Assembly: GCA_012927625.1 (NCBI GenBank)
Contig: JABBOV010000005.1
Span: 1,691-65,690, forward strand
Direction: 5' to 3'
DNA: 64,000 nt
Origin: Glaciimonas sp.
GTDB lineage: Bacteria > Pseudomonadota > Gammaproteobacteria > Burkholderiales > Burkholderiaceae_D
Shown here in pieces: positions 7,732-16,571 of the stretch. The notes beneath the pieces are model-generated. The model was given only the letters and a program-made list of their open reading frames with translations. It was not told where the DNA came from and made no database searches. The position numbers and the translations under genes were made by a program. The stretch's first letter is position 1. Every line of letters begins with the position of its first letter.

Positions 7732-8799
7732 TCAATGCTTGTGTCGATGGTGTGCGTCCGGGAAGTGGGTGTGGACGTGGTCGATGACGTCGTGGCGATG
7801 TTGATGGCTGTGGTGAGTGCCGGGTGCCACCAAACCATCATGCTCATGCAGATGATGCGCGTCATGGGCATGCGAATGGGAATGCTGGATCACTTCATGC
7901 GTATGCTTGTGCTCGTGGCGCTCGGTCAGATGCAGCCAAATTCCCACCACCATACATGCGCCGGCAACCAGCAATGGCAGCGTTACCGGCTCCCCCATCA
8001 GCACGGCAAGCACCGCGCCGAAAAATGGCGCAATCGAGAAATACGCTCCAGTGCGCGCGGTACCCAGGTGGCGCAGTCCGACCACAAATAACACCAGACT
8101 AATTCCATACGCCAGCAATCCCACCACCAGCGCTTGCCCAATAATCAGCGGCTCCGGCATTCTGGCACCCAGCGTCAAAGCCAGAACCAGATTAACGCAG
8201 CCGGATACCAGACCCTTCACAGATGCGATCCACGACGCATCGGCGAGCGACACCTTGCGCGTCAAATTATTATCGATAGCCCAAGCAAAGCACCCGCCTA
8301 AAATAGCCAGCGCCGGCATCATCCCGGCAAAACTGAAATCCTTCGGCCAACTGAGAATACCCGCGCCGAGCACGATGGCAACCATGCCAAGCGCAATGCG
8401 TCGGTCGAAATTTTCCCTGAATACAAACCATGCCAGCAGCGCAGTAAATACTCCTTCGGCATTTAATAAAAGAGATGCGCCTGAAGCTGGCATCCTGGTC
8501 AGGCCAATCATCAGCAGCACGGGGCCGGCTATGCCGCCAAAAATAATAGCGCCGGCAAACCAGATCCACTCATTGGCGGGAAGACGCACCGCCGGAGCAT
8601 GGATCAAAAACCGATACAGCGTCAGGCCAATGCCGGAACCCAAATACAGCAATCCGGCCAGCATCCAGGGCGTAACTCCAGAACCATCAGAACTAACATT
8701 AAGCAGTGACTTTGCCAGCGGCGTTCCCGCGCCAAACAACAAGGCCGCACCCAGTGCTGCAGCTACACCCGGTTGCAACAATCCCTTTTTCCAGTACAT
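7732..8799 (-). CDS. DMT superfamily (EamA-like) transporter with histidine-rich C-terminal tail
   Basis: 355 aa with about 10 hydrophobic segments in two EamA-like halves. The tail reads HEHKHTHEVIQHSHSHAHDAHHLHEHD...HHSHQHRHDVIDHVHTHFPDAHHRHKH. Confidence 0.85.
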   Translation of the reverse strand: MYWKKGLLQPGVAAALGAALLFGAGTPLAKSLLNVSSDGSGVTPWMLAGLLYLGSGIGLTLYRFLIHAPAVRLPANEWIWFAGAIIFGGIAGPVLLMIGLTRMPASGASLLLNAEGVFTALLAWFVFRENFDRRIALGMVAIVLGAGILSWPKDFSFAGMMPALAILGGCFAWAIDNNLTRKVSLADASWIASVKGLVSGCVNLVLALTLGARMPEPLIIGQALVVGLLAYGISLVLFVVGLRHLGTARTGAYFSIAPFFGAVLAVLMGEPVTLPLLVAGACMVVGIWLHLTERHEHKHTHEVIQHSHSHAHDAHHLHEHDGLVAPGTHHSHQHRHDVIDHVHTHFPDAHHRHKH

Positions 8800-8941
8800 C
8801 TTGTCTTGTATACCTTTGGTTGATCGTGGCTGGTATGTCGTGGTTGAATTACTGTAAACAGGGCGTCATGATATCGGCATTTCTTTTCAATTATTGCCGA
8901 CCCAAATTTTGGGGCTTACGTTACTGCCGAGAATGCCAAAA

Positions 8942-9205
8942 TTAACGTTTAATTTGCGGATCCGGCAGTACCACATTTACATCCAGCACTTCCAGGTTGC
9001 CCTTGCGGTCAAGCGAAATCATGATGTCTTCTGCATTCACCTTGGTGTATTTGGATATGACTTCAATCAACTCCTTGTGCAGCGCTGGCAAAAAGTCATA
9101 GCCACCGCGGCCGCTACGTTCCCGGGCAATAATGATCTGCAGGCGTTCTTTAGCGGCAAACGCGCTGTTTGGCTTGTCTTTGAACAGGAATGAGAGTAGT
9201 GCCAT
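8942..9205 (-). CDS. minE: Cell division topological specificity factor MinE
   Basis: MALLSFLFKDKPNSAFAAKERLQIIIARER... is the conserved MinE N-terminus. It lies 1 nt downstream of minD. Start trimmed from the longer track ORF. Confidence 0.95.
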   Translation of the reverse strand: MALLSFLFKDKPNSAFAAKERLQIIIARERSGRGGYDFLPALHKELIEVISKYTKVNAEDIMISLDRKGNLEVLDVNVVLPDPQIKR

Positions 9206-9206
9206 A

Positions 9207-10022
9207 TCACGCGCCTCCAAAAATGCGTTTGAATATTCCCGGCTTTTCGTAAGTCGTGAAGCGTAGCGGCACGTCTTCACCCAGAAAGCGCGCCACCAGG
9301 TCTTCATAGGCTTCGGATACATCGCTGCCTTTGAGATGAATCGCAGGATTGCCCTGATTCGATGCATGCAGCACCGATTCCGATTCCGGGATGATGCCGA
9401 CTAATGGAATGCGCAGAATTTCCTGCACATCCAGGTACGACAACATTTCGCCCGCCTCGACCCGCTTGGGCGAATAGCGTGTGATCAACAAATGCTCCTT
9501 GACTGGCTCTCCGCCATTCAGCGCACGGCGCGATTTAGCCTGGATGATACCCAGAATACGGTCGGAATCACGCACCGACGATACCTCGGGATTGGTCACC
9601 ACAATCGCTTCATCGGCAAAGGTCAGCGCCATCAATGCGCCGTGCTCGATACCGGCCGGCGAATCGCAGATGATGTAATCGAAGCCCATTTTGGCCAGAT
9701 CCTGCAGCACCCGCTCGACCCCTTCTTCCGATAGCGCATCCTTGTCGCGTGTTTGCGACGCCGGCAGGATGAACAGGTTGTCGCAGTGCTTATCCTTGAT
9801 CAGCGCCTGGTTCAGCGTTGCTTCCTGGTTGATGACATTGATCAAGTCATACACTACACGCCGCTCGCAGCCCATGATCAGGTCCAGGTTACGCAGGCCG
9901 ACGTCGAAATCCAGCACAGCAGTCTTGTGACCGCGCATTGCCAGGCCGCTAGAAAAACTGGCGCTGGAGGTGGTCTTGCCGACACCGCCTTTGCCGGAAG
10001 TCACAACAATAATTTTTGCCAC
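9207..10022 (-). CDS. minD: Septum site-determining ATPase MinD
   Basis: MAKIIVVTSGKGGVGKTT is the deviant Walker A motif. 271 aa, located between minC and minE. Confidence 0.97.
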   Translation of the reverse strand: MAKIIVVTSGKGGVGKTTSSASFSSGLAMRGHKTAVLDFDVGLRNLDLIMGCERRVVYDLINVINQEATLNQALIKDKHCDNLFILPASQTRDKDALSEEGVERVLQDLAKMGFDYIICDSPAGIEHGALMALTFADEAIVVTNPEVSSVRDSDRILGIIQAKSRRALNGGEPVKEHLLITRYSPKRVEAGEMLSYLDVQEILRIPLVGIIPESESVLHASNQGNPAIHLKGSDVSEAYEDLVARFLGEDVPLRFTTYEKPGIFKRIFGGA

Positions 10023-10060
10023 AAAAAAACTCCTTCAGAATACGAAATAGGAAATGCAGA

Positions 10061-10807
10061 TCAGAGCCGCGACGCAGGATTGAGTGGGACAATCTCGATC
10101 TTGTCGCCGACCAGCCGGACTTGTGCCGGCTGTGGTGCCTGGTCTTGCGAAAAGCCGTTTTCAAAAGTGCGATACATGCCGGCAATCGATACCAGCTCAG
10201 GCTCCATCACCATGGCAAAAATTCTGGCATCGGCATTGCCGCTGGCTCCAGCCAGCGCACGGCCGCGTAATGGTGCATAGATATGGATGCTGCCATCGGC
10301 AATCACTTCGGCACCGTTATTGACCGCCGCGGTGATGATCAGATCGACGCCACGCGCATAAATGCGCTGCCCGGCGCGCACCGGCGTATCGATGATCATC
10401 GCTGCTGCCGCCGCAACTGGAGCGATCGACACTGCCGGCATAATTACAACCGGTGGCGCGACCACACTCTCCTTAACGGGCAGCCTGGTCACTACATCGA
10501 TGCTCAAGCCATGCGCCTTGATTTCGGCATGCAATTCTGACGGAGCATTGCGCACAGCCATCGGATTCAGGTGATGTGATTTCAGTAAACCGATTAGAGC
10601 AGCCCAATCCATTACCGCACCATTCCGACCAAGCGCACCGACGTCAATCACGGCAAATTCGTCATCAAAAAAATCCGGCGCACCGCCGGTCATTTCACGC
10701 AGGGCCGTCTCCAGTACTAGCAACTTTGCAGCATGCAGAATAACGGAGACCGCGACTACGGTAGATATCTTGATTTCAATGGGTTTTTTGTTTTTGCTAT
10801 TTTGCAT
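10061..10807 (-). CDS. minC: Septum site-determining protein MinC
   Basis: 248 aa. The C-terminal beta-helix region ([42 protein letters not shown]) is typical of MinC. Sits upstream of minDE. Confidence 0.9.
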   Translation of the reverse strand: MQNSKNKKPIEIKISTVVAVSVILHAAKLLVLETALREMTGGAPDFFDDEFAVIDVGALGRNGAVMDWAALIGLLKSHHLNPMAVRNAPSELHAEIKAHGLSIDVVTRLPVKESVVAPPVVIMPAVSIAPVAAAAAMIIDTPVRAGQRIYARGVDLIITAAVNNGAEVIADGSIHIYAPLRGRALAGASGNADARIFAMVMEPELVSIAGMYRTFENGFSQDQAPQPAQVRLVGDKIEIVPLNPASRL

Positions 10808-11052
10808 AAAAACGAAAAATGTTATTACTACTCGGGCAACAAATTCTCATGGAAGTCGTTCCAAGAGGATTTATCAATATACAGGGGATTCGATTCTTGA
10901 TTATTCGGTAAATACGAAACGTGTTTCCAGCTTTGCTGGCTGATGACAATATAACGGTGAAACTCCGTTTTGGATAGGTTGATGGTCGCAAAAACGGATT
11001 ATCTGCTTGCCTTACCCATTGCAACACGCATTCCTGATTTTGAATAAATAAT

Positions 11053-11113
11053 ATACTCCGATACATATATGCCAATTACCGCATGTATTTATTGAGAAAT
11101 ATCAACATACTCC
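11053..11113 (+). repeat. Degenerate or composite member of the three-box repeat family (copy F)
   Basis: Two ATACTCC boxes (11053-11059 and 11107-11113) with GTATTTATT at 11085. The upstream TGCAACACG...ATAAATAATA matches copy D (45138-45170). Confidence 0.4.
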
Positions 11114-11149
11114 TTCAATTAAGTTATCCCCGGTAAAGCCTTGGGTTTA

Positions 11150-11395
11150 TGGGCGGTGAGAAGCAACTGGTTGCATTAGCGCGAGCGCGGATGGGGCTGA
11201 TTTGCAAGTGCTGTTGCGCGATGAGCCTACGGCGGCACCAGACTCTGAGGTGCCGGACCGACTGCTTCTAATATTGAAGCAATTGAACAGGCGACCCACG
11301 TCACACTGGCCATAGTCACGCATGTGGTGATGCTCGAAGCTGGGCGCGTGTCGAGGCTGGCCCAGCGGAATTCGAGCCCCTAGATTTAAAAAATA
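11150..11395 (+). pseudogene. Remnant of an ABC-transporter ATP-binding protein (C-terminal third, frameshifted)
   Basis: My translation gives GGEKQLVALARA (ABC signature), a frameshift, then LQVLLRDEPTAAPDSE (Walker B), a frameshift, then TLAIVTHVVMLEAGRVSRLAQ (H-loop region). A GC-rich island within an AT-rich spacer. Confidence 0.6.
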
Positions 11396-12057
11396 CCCCA
11401 ATTTTTTTTATTTCCGATTCGGGCTGCATGTATAAACCAGATAATGGGGATCGCTATCGACAAGACAACCAAACCCCTGCCCGCTATAAGCTGATCATCC
11501 AGCAAATAAGCATTGCACAGCCTAACTGTGGTGTCTTGATACAGCATGCCGATAATTGCCATCATCCAGGCAAAATTTCCGAGAAAAAAAAGCTGGATAA
11601 CATGGTTGGTACGCGCGAATGCAGCGGGCAGCGCCAAACCTGCGATGAAGAATACGACGAACTTCAGTATTTCTGCGGTGGGTGACACCAGAACATCATC
11701 GAGCGCCTTGGGAATCATCCAGTACGCGCTTAAAAGTAAAAAAAAAGTCAACGCGACAATTCCGTATTCATCGACTTTCCAGAGCCGGCAACCGGCCAGA
11801 TGAACGATGCCGCGTTGCAGCCTATTTGTAGTATTTTGCGCGTTGCGCGTAACGCAGGATAAGGCGAACGCACATGCGATGCCTGCGCCCAGCAGCATGG
11901 GCATCTGTACCAGCATGTGTAAAGCCATTGAGCGTTCCAGCGTAAATCTGAACGCGGCGGCAACTAAAAACAGCAACGTGCTCAATATCGCGGCTAAAAG
12001 TCCTTGGGTAGTTTGATGCATGGGGACTGGCATTTCATTGACCCCGATTGATACCAT
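11386..12057 (-). CDS. Polytopic membrane protein, tentatively CtaG-like oxidase assembly factor
   Basis: 223 aa with about 6 hydrophobic helices. ALHMLVQMPMLLGAG resembles the HMxQH...L motif of caa3-CtaG proteins. Overlaps the SCO gene end. The function is tentative. Confidence 0.55.
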   Translation of the reverse strand: MVSIGVNEMPVPMHQTTQGLLAAILSTLLFLVAAAFRFTLERSMALHMLVQMPMLLGAGIACAFALSCVTRNAQNTTNRLQRGIVHLAGCRLWKVDEYGIVALTFFLLLSAYWMIPKALDDVLVSPTAEILKFVVFFIAGLALPAAFARTNHVIQLFFLGNFAWMMAIIGMLYQDTTVRLCNAYLLDDQLIAGRGLVVLSIAIPIIWFIHAARIGNKKNWGIF

Positions 12058-12703
12058 GCAACTGCACTAGGGGCTGCAACTGCGGCAGGTGCAGCGCCAC
12101 TTGCGCCAGCAAAGCGTCCGGTTGGCCGATATCGAATATTTGCGATAACAGCGCATTTGGCGTTACCACATGGTAAGCCGCATTGTGCACAAATTCATCC
12201 CAGGGCGCGGGGATGACCATGATGCCAAAAGCTGCCAGCAAGGATTGGCGCTGCCGGGCATCGGGCACGCTGGAAAATTGCCACACATCAGCTTGCGCGT
12301 GCATGCGCTGGGCATAGCGGGCAAGTTGTTCAGGCGTATCGCGCGGGTCGAAACTGATACTTAACAGTCGGATCCGATGTTCCAGTCCATTCGCATGAAT
12401 GGTTTGCTGCAATTGCTGAAACTCATTACCCATGACGGAACACACCGTATTGCAACGGGTATAAATGAAATTAACGATAGTGGTGCGTCCATCTGAACGA
12501 AGCGCCTGTACCAGCGATGCTGTGGCGCCGGTTTCAAACCGGATTACGGTGTCTGGAATAAGCCTTGGCCGCTCGGCAATGGAAAGTCGGCGTGACTGCT
12601 CGCTGGTGACTACGCGAAACCCATCCGTAACCTGGTAAAAAGCCCCGATCCCGAAGCCCAATACCAGCAGCAGCACAGCCAGCATTTTGTGCATGCTACG
12701 CAC
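12035..12703 (-). CDS. SCO1/SenC family copper chaperone (thioredoxin fold)
   Basis: N-terminal membrane anchor and a CxxxC motif (YTRCNTVCS). The GTG at 12703 overlaps the upstream stop by 1 nt; an alternative ATG lies at 12694. Confidence 0.85.
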   Translation of the reverse strand: MRSMHKMLAVLLLVLGFGIGAFYQVTDGFRVVTSEQSRRLSIAERPRLIPDTVIRFETGATASLVQALRSDGRTTIVNFIYTRCNTVCSVMGNEFQQLQQTIHANGLEHRIRLLSISFDPRDTPEQLARYAQRMHAQADVWQFSSVPDARQRQSLLAAFGIMVIPAPWDEFVHNAAYHVVTPNALLSQIFDIGQPDALLAQVALHLPQLQPLVQLHGINRGQ

Positions 12704-13299
12704 TACTTGAGTTTGCCCAATTCATCATCGCCATTCCATGGTTGCTTGCGATCCTTGCCGGCTTCGCGCTCGGTCTTCACTAGCGCAGCATCCACCTTGG
12801 TAGCGGTATTGCCGAAATTGGAACGGACGTGGGTCAATACTGCAGCAATTTCTGCATCATTCAACTTATCCTGGAAAGCCGGCATTTGGCCGTTGTAGAC
12901 CGCACCCTTGACTGTCAGGCTGCCAGATATGCCATGCAACAATATTTGCGCTATTACCGATGCCTTGCCAGCGACCCACTCGGATGCGGCCAATGGCGGA
13001 AAGACACCCGGCAATCCGGCTCCGTTAGCCTGATGACATGCAACGCATTGCGCGGCGAAAATCTGCGCCCCATTGACAACGCCATTTTTGGCTCCGGTCT
13101 GCGCGGTGAGGTCGGCTCTGGTGCGGTGATCGCCCAACTCCGGCGGGTCACTTAAATTGGAACTGGCAAGATAATAAATGCCCCAGCTAAATACCAGCCC
13201 AATCATTACGATGATGAACCACGGAACCGGATGATTGCCTTCATACGGATCAGGCTGCTCTCTTTGCTGCGCTTCAATTCTCTTCTCGCTGTCCGTCAT
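12703..13299 (-). CDS. Membrane-anchored monohaem c-type cytochrome
   Basis: One transmembrane helix (VPWFIIVMIGLVFSWGIYYL), a single CVACH haem-binding motif and a distal Met region (YNGQMPAF). Confidence 0.85.
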   Translation of the reverse strand: MTDSEKRIEAQQREQPDPYEGNHPVPWFIIVMIGLVFSWGIYYLASSNLSDPPELGDHRTRADLTAQTGAKNGVVNGAQIFAAQCVACHQANGAGLPGVFPPLAASEWVAGKASVIAQILLHGISGSLTVKGAVYNGQMPAFQDKLNDAEIAAVLTHVRSNFGNTATKVDAALVKTEREAGKDRKQPWNGDDELGKLK

Positions 13300-13369
13300 G
13301 CTAAAACTCCAAAATGTAGTTCACTTACAGGCATCGCTGTTATGCCCTGTTTTTTGTTTTGCTTTTATA

Positions 13370-13966
13370 TTATTTCTTGCTTACGGGAGCCGGGAAGACC
13401 GGATACGTATGATCCAAACCGATCAGATATTGCACCAGATCCAATGCTTCCGGCTTGGCCACAACCACCTGGCCCACAGGTGCGTAAGCAGGCGGCAACG
13501 TCACTACTTTTTCGCCCGGTTCAGCTCTGTCCTTGACCTCGAACATAAAAGGAAAAGACGGCATGATGCTGCCCGGCGTATAAGCACGCGGCTGATACAG
13601 ATGACCAAGATGCCAGTCCACGCTTGACTGCCGGGCGCCGATGTTGAATAAATCGGGACCGGTGCGCATGGTTCCCAGCAGGTGTGGTTTGTCGTAATAA
13701 TAATCGGCAGCAACTGACGCCCGGCCCCAGCCGCGCAGGGCATCAGCAGGCGTCTGGGATTTATCACGCGGCTGTTGCGAATGGCAATAGATGCAACCAT
13801 TCTTGATGTATTGATCGCGGCCGCGCAATTGTGCCGCAGTATAAGGATGCAGGCCGGCAGCAGGTTTCAGGTTCGATAATTGTAAAAAGGGAAGCACCAC
13901 CAGCGTCGTGGTTGCCAATGCCAGCGTTATCATCGCACCGCTCAAGAGTTTGACTTCGTTTTCCAT
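13370..13966 (-). CDS. cbb3-type oxidase subunit II-like monohaem cytochrome c (CcoO/FixO-like)
   Basis: N-terminal transmembrane helix, then RGRDQYIKNGCIYCHSQQPRD (CcoO-type CxxCH context). Lies 2 nt downstream of subunit I. Confidence 0.85.
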   Translation of the reverse strand: MENEVKLLSGAMITLALATTTLVVLPFLQLSNLKPAAGLHPYTAAQLRGRDQYIKNGCIYCHSQQPRDKSQTPADALRGWGRASVAADYYYDKPHLLGTMRTGPDLFNIGARQSSVDWHLGHLYQPRAYTPGSIMPSFPFMFEVKDRAEPGEKVVTLPPAYAPVGQVVVAKPEALDLVQYLIGLDHTYPVFPAPVSKK

Positions 13967-13968
13967 AA

Positions 13969-15639
13969 TCAGACTCCAGCCAGTGTTGAAGCGGCTGTTG
14001 CGGCTGGTCTATGCAGCAGCGCAGCACCAGTGCGCTGCGGGCCATGACGGAGTGCCATGGCGACGTAATGGAATGCAAACACCAGATGCCCTAGCGTCAT
14101 GATCGCGCCGCCCACCGAGCGACCTTGCAAATACGGAATCGTCACGCGCACCGACTCCATGAATGGCTTGGATGCGTCCAGCATAGCCAATCCTTGTAGC
14201 CAGCCGCCAATCGACAGGCTGATAAAGTAAATCGCAAATCCGACTACGACCAGCCAGAAATGCAGTGCAATCAGTTTCGGGTATGGCCACTCCCACGACA
14301 TGACGCGCGGCATTACGAAATAAATTGCGCCAAACATGACCATCGAAAAGAAACCATATAAACCCAGATGCGCATGCGCCACGGTGAAATGGGTGAAATG
14401 GGCGACGGTACTGACACTGCGCAGCGCCTCTATCGAACCTTGCAGCGAACTCAGCGTGTACATCATGCCGCCCAACACAATGAAGCGCAGCGTCGGCGAA
14501 TAGATCAGCGTTTTGAAATGGCCGCGCATGGTCAGATGCTGGTTGATTGAAAAGGAAACCACCGGCACTATCATCATCATGCTTTGCACAATCGATAGCG
14601 TAATCAGCCAGCCGGGCACTGGGCCGCCGACCAAATGATGGCCGCCTACCTGACCATAAAAAAACGCCAGCGCCCAGAAACCCAGCAGCGACAAGTTGTA
14701 CGATTGTATTGGGCGACCGATAATTTTTGGCAAGAAATAATACACAGAAGCCAATGCCAGCGGGGTGTAGAACAATCCCAGAACGTTGTGGCCGAACCAC
14801 CAGTTCATGGTTGCCTGTTCCACGCCGAAGTGCACGCCCGGGATATTTCCGATAAAAAATAAAGTGGGAAACCAGAATAATGCTGCGCCCATGTACCAGA
14901 CGGACACATAGAGATGCTTTACGCGTCGATTTTGCAAGGTAAAAACCAGCGGCAATGCAACCAGCGCACCGCCTATGACCAACAGAATATCGATTTGCCA
15001 CGGAATTTCCAACCACTCCAGTCCATCATTGAAGCCCACCGCTATGCTGCCCAGGCCAGCAATCAGGCCGGCGTTCCAGAGCATGACGCCCAGCATCGCA
15101 AAGCGTCCTCCCATCAGCTTGGTTTTCAACAGGCGCGGCAACATCCAGATGGCAATACCCAATGCCGCCATCGGCGCCCAGCCGTAGGCAACCGCATTCA
15201 GATGTATGGTACGCAGACGACCGAAGGTGAGCCAGGCTTGCGCAGTGAGCCAATCAGGTTGATGCAATTTTATAGAACTGGTCAAGCCGGCGAATGAAGC
15301 AAAAACCAGCCATACCACAGCACACGAGAGGAATACAAAGGTTACGAAAGCCGTCGATCTATCGGCCTGAACCCGTTCTTCCAGTTCTTGTTTCAGCGCC
15401 GCCGCTTGCCCTGAGTCAGGCAACGGCACATGCGTACTATCGACCGTTTTCTGCAAACCTGCGCGTTGTTCAGCGGTCGCCGCAGGCTCTTCAACCAGGC
15501 CGATTTCTCCCTCGGAAAAAATCACATTGGCGGCAGCCGGATTGTCATCGAATAATTTTTTTCGCAACGACCAAATAAATACAAACAATCCGGTTACAGA
15601 CAGAACAAAAGAAAATAGCAATATTGTGATTGTTTCCAT
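13969..15639 (-). CDS. C-family (cbb3-like) haem-copper oxidase subunit I with N-terminal CcoS/FixS-like module
   Basis: WWFGHNVLGLFYTPLALASVYYFLPK and HFTVAHAHLGLYGFFSMVMFGAIYFVMPR are CcoN-like helices. The first approximately 45 aa (METITILLFSFVLSVTGLFVFIWSLRKKLFDD) resemble CcoS. Confidence 0.85.
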   Translation of the reverse strand: METITILLFSFVLSVTGLFVFIWSLRKKLFDDNPAAANVIFSEGEIGLVEEPAATAEQRAGLQKTVDSTHVPLPDSGQAAALKQELEERVQADRSTAFVTFVFLSCAVVWLVFASFAGLTSSIKLHQPDWLTAQAWLTFGRLRTIHLNAVAYGWAPMAALGIAIWMLPRLLKTKLMGGRFAMLGVMLWNAGLIAGLGSIAVGFNDGLEWLEIPWQIDILLVIGGALVALPLVFTLQNRRVKHLYVSVWYMGAALFWFPTLFFIGNIPGVHFGVEQATMNWWFGHNVLGLFYTPLALASVYYFLPKIIGRPIQSYNLSLLGFWALAFFYGQVGGHHLVGGPVPGWLITLSIVQSMMMIVPVVSFSINQHLTMRGHFKTLIYSPTLRFIVLGGMMYTLSSLQGSIEALRSVSTVAHFTHFTVAHAHLGLYGFFSMVMFGAIYFVMPRVMSWEWPYPKLIALHFWLVVVGFAIYFISLSIGGWLQGLAMLDASKPFMESVRVTIPYLQGRSVGGAIMTLGHLVFAFHYVAMALRHGPQRTGAALLHRPAATAASTLAGV

Positions 15640-15869
15640 GTCGCTTAATAAGAAATAAGTACAAATTAAAAAATCAGCATCGCCATGCTGGTTTTGGCGA
15701 TTCGTTTAAAGCAAAAATAAATTTTAAATAGAACTAAGCCGACCATTCATGAAAGCATGATGCGTAATAGCAATGCTTGAATGGGGCTCAGTTCAGCTAA
15801 TAATGCCACCAACGGCCGAAACGCGTATTCCTACAAAATACTGCGCAAAAGTTGGAACAATCGTTATTT

Positions 15870-16439
15870 TTAATTCATCAGCGGCAGCACCACAAAGGCG
15901 CACAACATTACCCACGCAATCCCGCCCACCGAGAATGCGGCAAAACTCATCGATTGAGCCTCAGTTTGCTCGTCCATTTTAAAAATTCTAAAGGTGCCGT
16001 AATACAACATGCTAGCGGCAGCCAAAAATCCAAGAATAACGACACCAATCATTGCCCACATATTAGGTATCGCCAGCCCTAAACTGGAGAGCCACATCGG
16101 TACGCCCGTAATCGCAGCAAGTAAGAAGGCGTCCTTGAAATCAACAGACAATTTATGCACTGACGCTATATTCTTGATGATCCAGCCCATGAGTGGGACA
16201 GTAAACAACTCCGCTACCAGAAACACCAACGCGACATCCTGCCAACGCGAAAACGCCGCATCCATCAAATATACCGACGCATGGTGGCTACCGGCATACA
16301 GCAGCATCGCCGGAGGAATTAGTGAAAAAGGTAAAACCAGTAGCAAAAAAGTTTTTAGCACCGAAGGATGCACTGCACCGACTTTGTCCCAGCCATCATT
16401 GAAAGAAAATGGCATTTTTGAATAATTTAATTGGCTCAT
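15870..16439 (-). CDS. Yip1-domain membrane protein
   Basis: 189 aa with five hydrophobic segments after a short soluble N-terminus. The overall pattern recalls Yip1/DUF1282 proteins. Confidence 0.65.
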   Translation of the reverse strand: MSQLNYSKMPFSFNDGWDKVGAVHPSVLKTFLLLVLPFSLIPPAMLLYAGSHHASVYLMDAAFSRWQDVALVFLVAELFTVPLMGWIIKNIASVHKLSVDFKDAFLLAAITGVPMWLSSLGLAIPNMWAMIGVVILGFLAAASMLYYGTFRIFKMDEQTEAQSMSFAAFSVGGIAWVMLCAFVVLPLMN

Positions 16440-16557
16440 TTTGAGAATCTCCTTGGTTATCGTACAAAATCTTCAATTACGCCGTACTAATATTTTCCAA
16501 CCATCACCGCTACGAAAAATTTTTTAATAAAAACTTTCATTGCTCTGATCAATTTAA

Positions 16558-16571
16558 ATGATTCGAATCAA
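16558..16571. promoter_or_regulatory. FNR/CRP-family box candidate
   Basis: ATGATTCGAATCAA reads TTGAT-TCGA-ATCAT on the other strand, a 9/10 match to TTGAT-N4-ATCAA. It lies about 125 nt upstream of the yip1-like gene, which precedes the oxidase operon. Confidence 0.4.

Noticed and set aside
7907-8857. 316-aa plus-strand ORF.
   Set aside because: It is antisense to the well-supported DMT transporter. Its Ser/Pro/Ala-rich composition is typical of a shadow frame in GC-rich DNA.
10797-11401. Minus-strand ORFs 10797-11075 (92 aa) and 11147-11401 (84 aa) in the minC upstream spacer.
   Set aside because: The first runs through repeat copy F with no RBS. The second is antisense to the ABC-ATPase remnant, which explains the open frame better.
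14009-15016. 335-aa minus-strand ORF in an alternative frame of the oxidase subunit I gene.
   Set aside because: It is an Arg/Gly/Ala-rich out-of-frame shadow. The CcoN frame carries all the conserved motifs.
15640-15869. FNR box or separate promoter directly upstream of the oxidase subunit I gene.
   Set aside because: Only a weak TTGAA-N4-GCTCA was found. The better site is at 16558-16571, upstream of the preceding gene.
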